In this document: positions 12,701 through 23,765 of the stretch, in pieces | Position numbering within the stretch: position 1 is the first letter of the stretch | Layout of the letters: each line of letters starts with the position of its first letter | From: Raja brachyura | Lineage: Eukaryota | Assembly (NCBI GenBank): GCA_963514005.1 | Contig: CAUPSL010001410.1 | Span: 1-49,876, forward strand | Length of the DNA stretch: 49,876 bases | Reading direction: 5' to 3' | The notes under the pieces: model-generated | Seen by the model: the letters and a program-made list of their open reading frames with translations, nothing else | Database searches by the model: none | Told to the model about the DNA's origin: nothing | Program-made: the position numbers and the translations under genes

Positions 12701-13271
12701 TTACATATTCTGTTGTGCTGCAGCAAGTAAGAATTTCATTGTCCTATTTGGGACATATGAAAATAAAACACTCTTGACTCTCTTGACCTGCGGTTGGGTG
12801 CATGCGATTACGTGTTAACCCCAAATGTTGTTGTAAATAATAACTTTCGACTGAGAGATACAGCGTGAAAACAGACCCTTCGGCCCATCCAGTCCGCGTA
12901 GACCAGCGATCACCCCGTACTATGCGACGCACTAGGGACTATTTGAAAGTTTACATAATCAAATTAACCCACAAACCTGCACGTCTTTCGAGTGCGGGAG
13001 GAGAACGGAGATCCCGGAGAAAAAACACGCGGTACACACTCCACACAGACAGCACCAGTAGTCAGGATCTAACACGGTTCTCTGGCAGTGCAAGTCAGCA
13101 CCTCTACCGCTGCCGCCACTGTGCCGCCGAAGAGTCTCCGTTCAATTGAAATCCCGGACCAAACACCGTCAAAGATTTCTGCTGGCTGTTAACAGAGTGG
13201 CCATATATGTAACATTACCCACACTCACTTTAATGTCATGTTCTGTCCACTGCAGATTTGGTCGAGACTGA
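2629..13271 (+). CDS. Gene A: Siglec-15-like IgSF receptor (leader-V-V-TM(Lys)-short tail), predicted 316 aa; exons 2629-2695, 3789-4175, 8041-8421, 10745-10844, 13256-13271
   Basis: All junctions are GT-AG and phase-compatible (1,1,1,2), total 951 nt with no internal stop. V1 resembles the human SIGLEC15 V-set domain as recalled (VSA..G..AVLPCTFTHP, VFxC...C, VERL...DD..YxC). The terminal exon is the least certain and rests on homology with gene B. Confidence 0.8.
3789..4175 (+). CDS. Gene A exon 2, Siglec-15-like V-set Ig domain (V1)
   Basis: (CT)n tract then tgtag acceptor. B-strand LPC, C-strand W, extra Cys pair (FNC...RC), F-strand YRC, G-strand TRLTV. Phase-1 donor T|GTGAGA. Confidence 0.92.
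4345..4524 (-). mobile_element. HE1-type tRNA-derived SINE
   Basis: Reverse strand reads GGGCGGCACGGTGG...GGTAGAG...GGTTCGGTCC (A/B boxes), then the core shared with other copies here. Confidence 0.75.
4769..7890 (-). mobile_element. Degenerate CR1 (HER1-type) LINE ORF2, interrupted by a younger CR1 at 6470-7152
   Basis: DFQKAFDKV, QGSVLGP and FADDT motifs in minus ORFs; (catagaaa)-type tail at 4769; frameshifts. Confidence 0.9.
6470..7152 (-). mobile_element. Young 5'-truncated CR1 nested in the older CR1
   Basis: (catagaaa)n tail at 6470-6500; RPHLEYCVQFWSP; near-identical to 17168-17610 and 23068-23557. Confidence 0.9.
8041..8421 (+). CDS. Gene A exon 3, second V-set Ig domain (V2)
   Basis: ccctcag acceptor; TLLC, FTW, RFELVGNPERGNAS, DSHDYLC, LRLRV; phase-1 donor G|GTAAGA. 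Confidence 0.92.
8660..9700 (+). mobile_element. Old, decayed CR1-type fragments in gene A intron 3
   Basis: CR1 3'-end-like sequence at 8660-8980; ggattttcagaa (DFQK) remnant near 9047; counterpart at about 47220-48260. Confidence 0.55.
10326..10387 (+). other. Candidate stalk exon with inactivated donor, or alternative terminal exon (VPASSTDILTLVTGMFTLLL*)
   Basis: CTGAC branch-like site, (CT)n tract and cgcag acceptor. Phase-1 frame is open. GGATGT at 10365 is one change from a GTATGT donor. Confidence 0.35.
10745..10844 (+). CDS. Gene A exon 4, transmembrane segment with central Lys (VTQVAPIVILSIPLGLKTLALLVMYFIYCSSKLR)
   Basis: Pyrimidine tract with tcag acceptor, phase-2 donor AG|GTATGT; Lys codon 10792-10794; IPLGLKT conserved in gene B. 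Confidence 0.88.
10935..11212 (-). mobile_element. HE1-type SINE
   Basis: Same core as the other copies. Confidence 0.75.
11560..12150 (-). mobile_element. CR1 3' fragment interrupted by a + strand LINE 3' end with (gaactt)n tail at about 11720-11878
   Basis: ccattcaatcatggctgatc terminal motif; SLEFRRM..DLIE.Y peptide. Confidence 0.65.
12850..13130 (-). mobile_element. HE1-type SINE
   Basis: Same core as the other copies. Confidence 0.75.
13256..13271 (+). CDS. Gene A terminal coding exon (RFGRD* if spliced directly from the TM exon)
   Basis: ctgcag acceptor; upstream intron and downstream sequence align with 49215-49350; TGA at the same position in both paralogues. Confidence 0.55.
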
Positions 13272-13749
13272 TAGATCGCAGACGGCTGAGGGGACCAACA
13301 TTTCGAACACCGTATACATCCAACCGCCCGACCCATTACTAAAAACGTCCACCGACCTACGCCGCACCTACGATAGCAATCTTTCGTTGCGTGCCATTGT
13401 ATCGACTGACAATTTCATCCGGTTCACACATTTCACAGCAGATCGCCGCATCGTTCTGTGGGAATCGCTGAATTCTCCGATTTCTTTTGCAAAGCATTTG
13501 CTCGCGACTCAACTGCTTGCTTTATTGTTTGCTATTGATGTAAATGGAGACGGCAGGAGGGAGTGCCGTGCGTTGCACCGTGATAAGGGCCAGCGTCAGC
13601 GTTGCTCTGTCACCGGTGTCTACATTAGCCATTATTCTGCATGTTTTCCGAATACGGACATTGCTGGCGGAAACAGTCATTGTCCTGTACAGACAGGGGC
13701 CCAAATAACAGTGGCGCACTTTGGGGGGGGGGGGGGGGGGGGGGGAGGG

Positions 13750-14020
13750 GGGGCACTGCGACGCAGTGGTAGAGTTGCTGCCTCGCAGAGCCAGAGACCA
13801 GGATCGATTCCGACTACCAGTGTTCCCCGAGTGGAGTGTTTACCTTCCCGTGGGTTCCGGCTTCTCCGCGTGGGTTCCGGGTTCTCCGATTTCCACCCCC
13901 ATCCTCAGGAAAATCGGTTCATTGGCATCTGTAAATTGTCCATCGTGTGTATGATAGCATTAGTGCATGGATGATAGCTGGTCAGCACAGACTCGCTGGG
14001 ACGAAGGGCCTGTTTCCACG
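13750..14020 (+). mobile_element. HE1-type SINE
   Basis: ggtagagttgctgcctc...gatcgattcc head; gaagggcctgtttcc tail. Confidence 0.75.
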
Positions 14021-14316
14021 AGAATACAACTACTGTAATCGGTCGGTACCTTAGTGCCGGACAATCATATCATCGACAAATCTATTGTACCAGTGTATTT
14101 AATATATTTTCTTAGATGGGGCGGGGTGGGTGAGGGGTGGGTGGGATACGGGCCATCGGCGAGTCATACGAAGGCGGTAAATCGAATTTAGGTCGCGCTA
14201 TTCTTAATCTGAAACATATAATCAATTATTTCCTTTAGATTGAAAAGATAACAAAATGACTAAAATGATTATTAAAACGATTTACCTAACATTTATTGGT
14301 TTGCTTTATTTTGAGA

Positions 14317-14700
14317 TAGACAATAGACAATAGACAATAGACAATAGGTGCAGGAGTATGCCATTCGGCCCCTCGAGCCAGCACCGCCATTCAATGTGAT
14401 CATGGCTGATCATCCACGATCAGTACCCCGTGCCTGCCTTCTCCCCATATCCCTTGACTGCTACATTTCATAGCTCGGTCTAGCTCTCTCTTGAAAGCAT
14501 CCAGAGAACCAGCCCCCACCGCCATCTGAGGCAGAGAATTCCACAAACTCACAACTCGCTGTGTGAAAATGTTTTTCTTCACCTCCGTTTTAAATGGCCT
14601 ACCCCTTATTCTTAAACCTTGGCCCCTGGTTCGGACTCCCCAAACATCGGGAACTTGTTTCCTGCCTCTAGCGTGTCCAAACCCTTCATAATCTTATATT
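14317..14700 (-). mobile_element. CR1 3' fragment with (atagaca)n tail
   Basis: FTQRVVSLWNSLP peptide; 7-bp tail repeat at 14317-14346. Confidence 0.85.
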
Positions 14701-15097
14701 ATTATACTTAAATTCAACGTCTGTTCTGAATTACTTAATACAAGACAAAGGATGTCATTGGGCCCATTGGGTTCATGCATGCTCCCAATAGAGCTGTCCC
14801 ACCGTCCATATTCGCTCACTTATTTTCCTACAGGCCTTGTTCGCTCTCACCGATACCAGTCTTCTGGGAAATATACCACGTGGCGCAGATCGGAGATCAC
14901 CCAGGAACTGTGGAGGTAATTGAGGAGGGCGTTGGCCTGGCGCTCTCTTACAAGTAGAGGAACGTCCGGAACTCTGCCTGCAGCAAGATCAATCCCATCA
15001 CTGACTGAACGTAGCCTCCATACACAAAGCGCGTCGGTGAACCGGAGGAAGGAACAAATTAGTGAGACGATGGGAACTGGACACAACTAAATGAAAA

Positions 15098-15240
15098 TGG
15101 GCGGCACAGTGACGTAGCGGTAGATTTATTGCCTTACAACACCAGATACCTGGGTTTGATCCTGACCTCGGGTGCTGTGCGTACCGAGATTGGTGTTCTC
15201 CTTGTGACCGCATGGCTGTCTCCGGGTGCTCCAGTTTCAT
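15098..15240 (+). mobile_element. HE1-type SINE 5' part, truncated by CR1
   Basis: gggcggcacagtgacgtagcggtaga...gggtttgatcc. Confidence 0.7.
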
Positions 15241-17165
15241 AAAGTCATAAGGTTATAAGTGATAGAAGTAGAATTAGGACTTCGGCCCAACAAATCTACC
15301 CCGCCATTCAATCATTGCTGATCTATCTCTCCCTTCCAACCCAATTCTCCTTCGTTTTCGCAAAACCGCTGACACCGATACTAATCAAGAATCTATCCAT
15401 CTCTGCCTTAAAAAATATCCACTGACTTGGCCTCTACAGCCTTCTGTGGCAAATTTTCACCCAGATTCACCACGCTCTGATTAAATACATTTCTCCCCTT
15501 CCTTCCTAAAATAACGTCTTTTAATTCTCAGGCTATGATCGCTAATCCTAGACACTCCCCCTCGCGCAAAAACATCCTCTCCACATCTAATCTATCCAAG
15601 CCTTTCACTATTCTGTAAGTTTTAACGAGCCCCCCACCCCCCTCATTCTTCTAAGCTCCAGGCAGTACAGGCCCAGTGCCGACAAACGCTCATCATAGGT
15701 TAACCTACTCATTGCTGGGATCATGCTTGTAAACTTCCTCAGTACCCGCTCCAGAGCCACCACATCGTTCCTCAGATATGGGGCCAAAATTACTCACAAT
15801 ATTTCAAATGCAGCCTTACCAGCGCCTTATAAAGCCTCAGCATTGCGTCCCTGTTTTTGTATACAAGCCCTCCTGAAATAAAGGCTAGCATTCCGACTTG
15901 CATATTATTTTTTTTGGAATCCTGCAACAGCATTCCCAAGTCGCTTTACACCTGCGATTTTTGGATTATTTCCCCATTTAGAAAATAGTCTACGCTTTTA
16001 TTCTGACTACCAAGATGCTTGACTCCACACTTTGATACACTATATTCCATCTGCCACTTCTCTGCCAATTCACCCAACCTGTCCAGGGCCTTCTACGGAA
16101 TCCCTAATTTATCTACACTACATATCCTTCCATATGTTTTCGTATCATCCACAAACTTGGCCACAGACCCTTCAAACCCCCCGTCCAAATAATAGAATAT
16201 ACAACGTGAAGAGTAGCGGCCCCAGCATCGACTCCTGTGGAAGTCCGCTAGCCACTGGCAGCCAACCACAAAAATCCACCTTTATTGCCACACTTTGTCT
16301 TCTGCCATCCAGCTAACTTGCTATCCATGACTAACGGCCTATCGTCCCCACTATTCTGCTTTGCTCCCTCTTGTGCAGCGGGGAAATATTGGCAATTTTC
16401 CAATCATCTGGAACCTCCTCGGTCTCTAGGGATTCTTGAAATATCATTGTCAATGCCTCCACAATCTCTGAAGCCACCTCTTTCAGAACCCCAGTGTGCA
16501 GTCCATCTGGTTCAGGCGACATCCACCTTCAGCTCTTTCAGCTTCCCAAGCACGTTCTCCCTAGTAATAGCCATTCCACTAACTTCCAACCCTTGACTCT
16601 CTTGAATGTCAGGTACGTTGTTGGTGTCTTGCACTGTGAAGACAGATGCAAAAAAGATATTCAACTCCTCTGCCGTGTCATTATTCCCAATTTTAACTTC
16701 TCCTGCATTATTCCCCAATGGCCCAACTGCCACACTTGCCGCTTTGTTATTCTTCGTATAACTGAAAACAACACTTGCCATCCTATTTTATATTATTGGC
16801 TAGCTTTTCTTCGTATTTCTTCTTTTCTTCCCACATTGCCTATTTAGTTGCCTTATGTAGTTCTTTAAAGGCATTCCAATCCTCTGGCTACCAACTAATC
16901 GTTGATGTGTTATACGCATTCTCTTTTAGTTTTGTACTTTCCTTGACTTCCCTTATCAGCATGGCCGCCTCTTTCTCGCCCCAGAAACTTTCTTTCTCTT
17001 TGGAATGAAAATATCCTGCGTCTTCCAGATTATTCCCAGAAATTCCTGCTATTGCTGTTTCACGGTCATCCCTCCTATGGTCCTTTCCACTCAACTTTGG
17101 CCACACCGTCACTCATCCCTCTGTAATCCCCTTTGCTCAGCTGCAATACTGACACATCCGATTAC
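15241..17165 (-). mobile_element. Degenerate CR1 ORF2 with an internal deletion of the RT core
   Basis: PDGLH..VLKEVASEIV...VPDDWKIAN peptides; deletion junction near 16329. Confidence 0.85.
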
Positions 17166-17167
17166 GC

Positions 17168-17610
17168 CATAGAAACATAGAAACATAGAAAAATAGGTGC
17201 AGGAGTAGGCCATTCGGCCCTTCGAGCCTGCACCGCCATTCAATGTGATCATGGCTGATCATCCAACAGTATCCCGTACCTGCCTTCTCTCCATACCCCC
17301 TGATCCCTTTAGCCACAAGTGCCACATCTAACGCCCTCTTAAATATAGCCAATGAACTGGCCTCAACTACCTTTTGTGGCAGAGAATTCCAGAGACTCAC
17401 CACTCTCTGTGTAAAGAATCTCGGTCCTAAAGGAATTCCCCCTTATCCTTAGACTGTGACCTCTTGTTCTGGACTCCCCCAACATCGGGAACAATCTTCC
17501 AGCATCTAGCTTGTCCAACCCCTTAAGAATTTTGTAAGTTTCTATAAGATCCCCCTCAATCTTCTAAATTCCAGCGAGTACAAGCCGAGTCTATCCAGAC
17601 TTTCCTCATG
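17168..17610 (-). mobile_element. Young CR1 3' fragment
   Basis: (catagaaa)n tail; VSLWNSLPQKVVEA. Confidence 0.9.
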
Positions 17611-18440
17611 TTTGGCAGATGCAGTATAATGTGGATAAATGTGAGGTTATCCACTTTGGTGGCAAAAATAGGAAAGCAGACTATTATCTAAATGGTGGCC
17701 GATTAGGAAAAGGGGAGATGCAGCGCGACCTGGGTTTCATGGTACACAAGTCATTGAAAGTAGGCATGCAGGTGTAGCAGGCAGTGAAGAAAGCGAATGG
17801 TATGTTAGCTTTCATAGCAAAAGGATTTGAGTATAGGAGCAGGGAGGTTCTATTTCATTTGTATAGGGTCTTGGTGAGACCACACCTGGAGTATTGCGTA
17901 CAGGTCTCCAAATCTGAGGAAGGACATTATTGCCATAGAGGGAGTGCAGAGAAGGTTCACCAGACTGATTCCTGGGATGTCAGGACTGTCTTATGAACAA
18001 AGACTGCAATAGACTCTGTTTATACTCTCTAGAATGTAGGAGATTGAGAGGGGATCTTATAGAAACTTACAAGATTCTTAAGGGGTTGGACAGGCTAGAT
18101 GCAGGAAGATTGTTCCCGATGTTGGGGAGGTCCAGGACAAGGGCTCACAGCTTAAGGATAAGGGGGAAATCCTTTAGGACCAAGATGAGAAGGAATTTTT
18201 TCACACAGAGAGTGGTGGGTCTCTGGAACTCTCTGCCACAGAGGGTAGTTGAGGCCAGTTCATTGGCTATATTTAAGAGGGAGTTAGATGTGGCCCTTGT
18301 GGCTAAGGGGATCAGAGGGTATGGAGAGAAGGCAGGTACGGGATACTGAGTTGGATGATCAGCCATGATCATATTGAATGGCGGTGCAGGCTCGAAGGGC
18401 CGAATGGCCTACTCCTGCAGCTAATTTTTGTATGTTTCTA
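17611..18440 (+). mobile_element. CR1 3' fragment
   Basis: KKANGMLAFI...RPHLEYCVQ; RRLRGDLIETYKIL; tatgtttcta tail. Confidence 0.9.
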
Positions 18441-18753
18441 TATGAAAGTCCTGACATCCCAGGAATCAGTCTGATGAATCTTCTCTGTACCCCCTCTATG
18501 GAAGGAATGTCTCTCCTCAGATTTGGAGACCAAAACTGTACGCAACTGTACGCCTTCTCCCTCTCATATTGCAGATTGAAGTTTATCATCTTGTGGTCGT
18601 GTTCCTCCTCCCACATTCCAGAGGAGTGCTGGTTTGCAGAGTGATTAACCTGTAAATTGTCCCTAGTATGTAGGATAGAACCAGTATATGGGTGATCGCT
18701 GGTCGGCGTGGACTCGGTGGGCCGAGAATCCATTTCCAACGCCATATCCCAAG

Positions 18754-21025
18754 TCTAAACAAAACTGTACGAAAAAATAGATTAAATGACGTAGCTGCTA
18801 TGAATGGTGGTGGGATTAAACACAAATTATTGTGCCCATAGCATTCGGGTTAATCTGGCTGCCTCCACACAAACATTGAACAGGCGCTAAAGGAAATAGG
18901 TAGGATTGGATTCCTGAGAAGCACAAGGAAAGAGGGGAACCATTCTCCCAAGTGGGTTGGCCCACACTACATATATCTTGCTTGCCCAGCACGAGGCCCC
19001 ATCAGAGCTGTTGTTTGCAACTTCTTGGGCTACATATGGTGTACAGTTTGACCACATCTGCACAATCGGACCACACTCTGCGCAGCTGCTTCCGTTACAC
19101 CAACCGACTTTATAATGCTGTGGTTCAGAGTGGTGTGTTCATCAGGATTGCCCCTGTTAGGGATAACTGGGCCGTACCAGCTAAACATAACTCTCTCTTG
19201 AAAACATCACTGAATTGGCCTCCACTACCTTCTGTGATAGAGAATTCCACAGATTCACAACTCTCTGGGAGATGAAGTTTTTCCTCAACTCAGTCCTAAT
19301 TGGCCTAACCCTTATTCTTAAACAGTGACTCCTGGTGGGAGCCCACCTGAAATAATTGCTAGCATTGAGTTTTCTTTCCTTACTACCGATTAGACCCGCA
19401 GATTAACGTTTTGGGAATCCTGCAACAGCACTCGCAATTCGCTTTGCACCTGCGATTTTTGGATTTTTTCCCTATTTAGAAAATAGTCTACGCTTTTATT
19501 CTTACTACCAAAATGCTTTACTCCACACTTTGATACACTATCTTCCTTTTGCCAATTTTTGCCAACTCCCCCAACCTGGCCATGTCCTTCTGCAGAGTCC
19601 CTAAGTAATCTTCACTACCTGCCCTTCCACATATTTTCGTATCATCCACAAAATTGGCCACAAACCCTTAAATCCCCTCGTCCAAATAATTGAATATACA
19701 ACGTGAAGAGTAGCGGCCCCAGTATCAACTCCTGTGGAACTCCGCTAGTCACTGACAGCCACCCACAAAAAGCTACCATTATTGCGACTCTTTGTCTTCT
19801 GCCATCCAACCAACCTGCTAACCATGATAATAAATGACTAACGGCCTATCGTCCACACTATTCTGCTTTGCTCCCCCTTGCGCAGTGGGGTAATATTTGC
19901 AATTTTCCAATCATCTGGGACCTCTTCTGTCTCTACGGATTCTTGAAATATGATTTTGAATGCCCCCATAATCACTAAAACCACCTCTTTCAGAAACCTA
20001 GTGCGCAGTCCATCTGGTCCAGGTGACTTATCCACCTTCAGCCATTTCAGCTTACCAACCACTTTCTCTCTAGTAATAGTCTTTCCACTACCTTCCAACC
20101 CCTGACTCTCTTGAATGTCAGGCACGTTGCTGGTGTCTTGCACGGTGAAGAATGGTGCAAAAAAGTTATTCATTTTCTGCCATTACGTTGCCATTTCTTT
20201 ATTCCACATTTCAACTTCTCCGGCATCATTCTCCAGCGGCCCAACTTGCACTCTTGCCCCTTTGTTACTCTTGATATAACTGAAACGACTCTTGTTATCC
20301 TATTTTATATTATTGGCTAGCTTTCCTTCGTATTTCTTCTTTTCTTCCCATATTACCTTTTTAGTTACATTATGTAGTTCTTTCAAAGCATCCCAATCCT
20401 ATGGCTTCCCACTAATCTTTGCTATATTATCTCTTATCTAAACAAAACGATATTTTAAAAAATAGATTCAATGACGTAGCTGCTGTGAATGATTTTGGAT
20501 TAAACACAAATCCTTGTGCCCATAGCATTCGGGTTAATCTGGCTGCCTTCAAACAAACATTGAACAGGCGCTAAAGGAAATGGGTCACGTGTAGGATTGA
20601 ACTCCTGACAAGCACAAGGAAAGAAGGGAAACATTCTCCCAAGGGTGTAGTTCCACACTACATATATCTTGCTTCACCGGCACGAGGCCCCATCAGAAGT
20701 GTTTATTGTAGCTTCCTGAGCTACATATGTTGTACAGTTTGACCACATCTGCACAATTGGACCATAGTCTGCACTGCAGCTTCCGTTACACCAACCGACT
20801 TTATAATGCTATGGTTCAGAGTGGTGTGTTCATCAGGATTGCCCTTGATAGGGATAACTGGGCCATAACAGCTAAACCTAACTCTATCTTGAAAACATCA
20901 GTGAATTGGCCTCCACTGCCTTCTGCGATAGAGAATTCCACAGATTCACAACTCTCTGGGAGAAGAGGTTTTTTTTCTCAGCTCAGTCCTAATTGCCTAC
21001 CCCTTATTCTTAAACTGTGACCCCT
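18754..21025 (+). repeat. Local direct duplication: 18754-19335 versus 20437-21025
   Basis: Colinear non-TE sequence (tctaaacaaaac...gacgtagctgc...). Confidence 0.85.
19345..20430 (-). mobile_element. CR1 fragment, sister copy of 15865-16930
   Basis: KSPGPDGLRTRFLKEV; same internal deletion junction, near 19836. Confidence 0.85.
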
Positions 21026-21468
21026 GATTGTGGACTAACCCAACATCGGGAATATTTTCCCTCTATCTGGCCTGTCAAATCCCTTAAGAGTTTTATATTT
21101 TTCTATAAGATCCCCTCTGATCCTTTCTAAATTCCAGTGAATACATGCACAGTCGACCTATTCTTTCATCATATGTCTGTCCCGCAATTCCGGGAATTTA
21201 CCTGGTGAACCAATGCTGTACTCCCTCAATAACAATAATGTCCTTCCTCAAATTAGGAGAACAAAGTTGCACACAACACTCCAGGTGCGGTCTCACCGGG
21301 GTCCTGTCCAACTGCAGTAGGGCCTCCTTGCTCTTAAACGGAATTCCTCTTGCAATGAAGGCCAACATGCCATTAACTTTCTTCACTGCCTGCTGTCCGT
21401 GCATACTTACTTTCAGTAACTAATGTATAAGCACACCCAGGTCTCGTTGCACCTCCCCTTTTCCGAAT
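20870..21468 (-). mobile_element. CR1 3' fragment
   Basis: KKVNGMLAFIARGI...RPHLECCVQ. Confidence 0.85.
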
Positions 21469-21469
21469 C

Positions 21470-21708
21470 GGTTTCCTTGGGTCGACCCTGGTTTGGGCTT
21501 TCCACACGTCGGCTGAAGCCATGATTATTATCAGATCCTCGGGGGTAGTGGTGTACTTCATCCCAGGCATGGTGTTAAGCACCTCAAAGCGCCCATAGAA
21601 GTCAATTGGCCGGAAGGGAGTGTCGCTGTTGTTAGAATGTGATGCTACTTTATAGTCCGCGATGGACCGGATACACTGCCACATGCGTTTGCTGTCCCTG
21701 GTGTCGCA
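21470..21708 (-). mobile_element. Rex1/Babar-like LINE internal fragment
   Basis: DSKRMWQCIRSIADYK...FYGRFE...RVDPRK resembles the Rex1 pre-RT region. Confidence 0.55.
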
Positions 21709-22557
21709 GATAAATGTGAGGTTATCCACTTTGGCGGCAAAAACAAGGGGGCAGATTATCATCTCAATGGGGTTAGGTTAGGTTAGGTTAGGTTAGGTAA
21801 GGGGGAGGTACAGCGAGACCTAGGTGTCCTTGTGCACCAGTCACTGAAAGTTGGCGTGCAGGTACGGCAGGCAGTGAAGAAAGCTAATGGAATGTTGCCC
21901 TTCATAACAAGAGGATTTCAGTACAGGAGTAAAGAGGTTCTTCTGCAGTTGTATAGGGCTCTGGTGAGACCACAGCAGGAGTATTGTGAACAGTTTTGGT
22001 CTCCCAATTTGAGGAAGGACATCCTTGTGATTGAGACAGTGCAGCGTAGGATCACGAGATTGATCCCTGGGATGGCGGGACTGCCATATGAGTAAAGATT
22101 GAAAAGACTAGGCTTGCATTCACTGGAGTTTAGGAGGATGAGGGGGGGGGGGGGGGGTCTTATAGAAACATATAAAACTATAAAAGGACTGGCCAAGCTA
22201 GAAGCAGGAAAAACGTTCCCAATGTTGGGCGAGTCCAGAACCAGGGGCCGCAGTCTTAGAATAAAGGGGAGGTCATTTAAGACTCAGCTGAGAAAAAACG
22301 TTTTTACCCACACAGTTGTGAATTTATGGAATTCCCGGCCACAGAGGGCAATGGAAGCCAAATCACTGGATGGATTTAAGAGAGAGTTGGATAGAGCTCT
22401 AGGGTCTAGTGGAGTCAAGGGATATGGGGAGAAGGCAGGCATGGGTTATTGATAACGGATGATCAGCCATGATCACAATGAATGGCGGTGCTGGCTCGAA
22501 GGGCCGAATGGCCTCCTCCTGTACCTATTTTCTATGTTTCTATGTTTCTATGTTTCC
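21709..22557 (+). mobile_element. CR1 3' fragment
   Basis: ORFs 21832-22095 and 22099-22452; (tttctatg)n tail. Confidence 0.9.
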
Positions 22558-22560
22558 ATG

Positions 22561-22806
22561 TAACGCTCACAGCGCCAGAGCCCCGAGTTCCAAGACTACG
22601 GGTGCAGTCTGTACGGAGTTTGTACGTTCTCCCTGTGACCCAAGGTCTTTGGTTTCCTCCCACACTCCAGGCATACAAGGTGGTATGTTAATTGGATTGG
22701 TTTAAAGTTAAAATTGTCTGTAGTTTGTGTCGGAGAGTGTTATGTGCAGAGATCGCTGTTCAGTGCGGACTCGGCCTGTTTCCGCGCTGCATCTCTCAAC
22801 TAAACT
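22561..22806 (+). mobile_element. HE1-type SINE (duplicated at 32592-32890)
   Basis: Core similarity and shared downstream flank. Confidence 0.7.
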
Positions 22807-23067
22807 GTATCATTGTCATCTTCACACTGAAGAAGGGTCACGGCCAGAAACGTCACCTATCTATGTTCTACAGAGATGCGTCCTGACCCGCTGAGTTACT
22901 CCAGCACTCTGTGAAACTTCATCAATTCATGTTCTCCAGAGATGTTGCTGGAGCCGCTGAGTTACTCCAGCATGTCTTTTTTTCTGGTGCCTGAAGAGGC
23001 ATCTTAGAGTTATAGTCCTCGAATGATACAGTGTGGAACAGCCCAACTTGCCCAAATCATTGTTGTA

Positions 23068-23557
23068 CCAGACTGATTCCTGGGATGTCAGGACTTTCAT
23101 ATGAGGATAGATTGGATAGACTCGGTTTGTACTCGATGGAATTTAGAAGATTGAGGGGGGATCTTATAGAAACCTACAAAATTCTTAAGGGGTTGGACAA
23201 GCTAGATGCTGGAAGATTGTTCCCGATGTTGGGGGAGTCCAGAACAAGGGGTCACAGTCTAAGGATAAGGGGGAATTCCTTTAGGACCGAAATGAGGAAA
23301 ACATTCTTTACACAGAGAGTGGTGAGTCTCTGGAATTCTCTGCCACAGAAGGTAGTTGAGGCCAGTTCATTGGCTATATTTAAGAGGGCGTTAGATGTGG
23401 CACTTGTGGCTAAAGGGATCAGGGGGTATGGAGAGAAGGCAGGTATGGGATACTGAGTTGGATGATCAGCCATGATCACATTGAATGGCGGTGCAGGCTC
23501 GAAGGGCCGAATGGCCTACTCCTGCACCTATTTTCTATGTTTCTATGTTTCTATGTT
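23068..23557 (+). mobile_element. Young CR1 3' fragment; empty site in the duplicate at about 33748-33770
   Basis: Open C-terminal ORF2 peptide; (tttctatg)n tail. Confidence 0.9.
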
Positions 23558-23574
23558 TAGTGCTGCCTGGACAT

Positions 23575-23765
23575 TGGGCAACAAATTAAGAAATCAACTG
23601 CTGCATTTCTTGCTCAGAAATAAACAAAAACATGAGGAAGCAGCAACTGAGCTGTCTCTGACGAAATGCCTGCAGTGTTGTCTTTCATTGCAGGGTAACA
23701 GGATGTTCACATGGAGGGATGACAGCGGGCTATTCAATTTTTACATTTACTTCCTCATACAAACC
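23575..23765 (+). pseudogene. Decayed promoter and leader-exon remnant (...ELSLTKCLQCCLSLQG|gtaaca), no in-frame ATG at the expected position
   Basis: Aligns with the reverse complement of about 820-990, including TTGCAGG|GTAACA and intronic tttacatt.acttcc.ca.acaaac. Confidence 0.5.

Noticed and set aside
2629-13271. Assigning the symbol SIGLEC15
   Set aside because: V-V architecture, multiple copies, no Tyr tail and no synteny evidence; orthology is unproven.
13258-13974. 238-aa ORF as an independent gene
   Set aside because: Starts with TTG at a splice acceptor and runs through poly-G and a SINE; only its first codons may be exonic.
17168-18545. Palindromic CR1 arrangement as a single fold-back element
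   Set aside because: The arms differ at diagnostic bases and each has its own tail; better explained by separate nested insertions.
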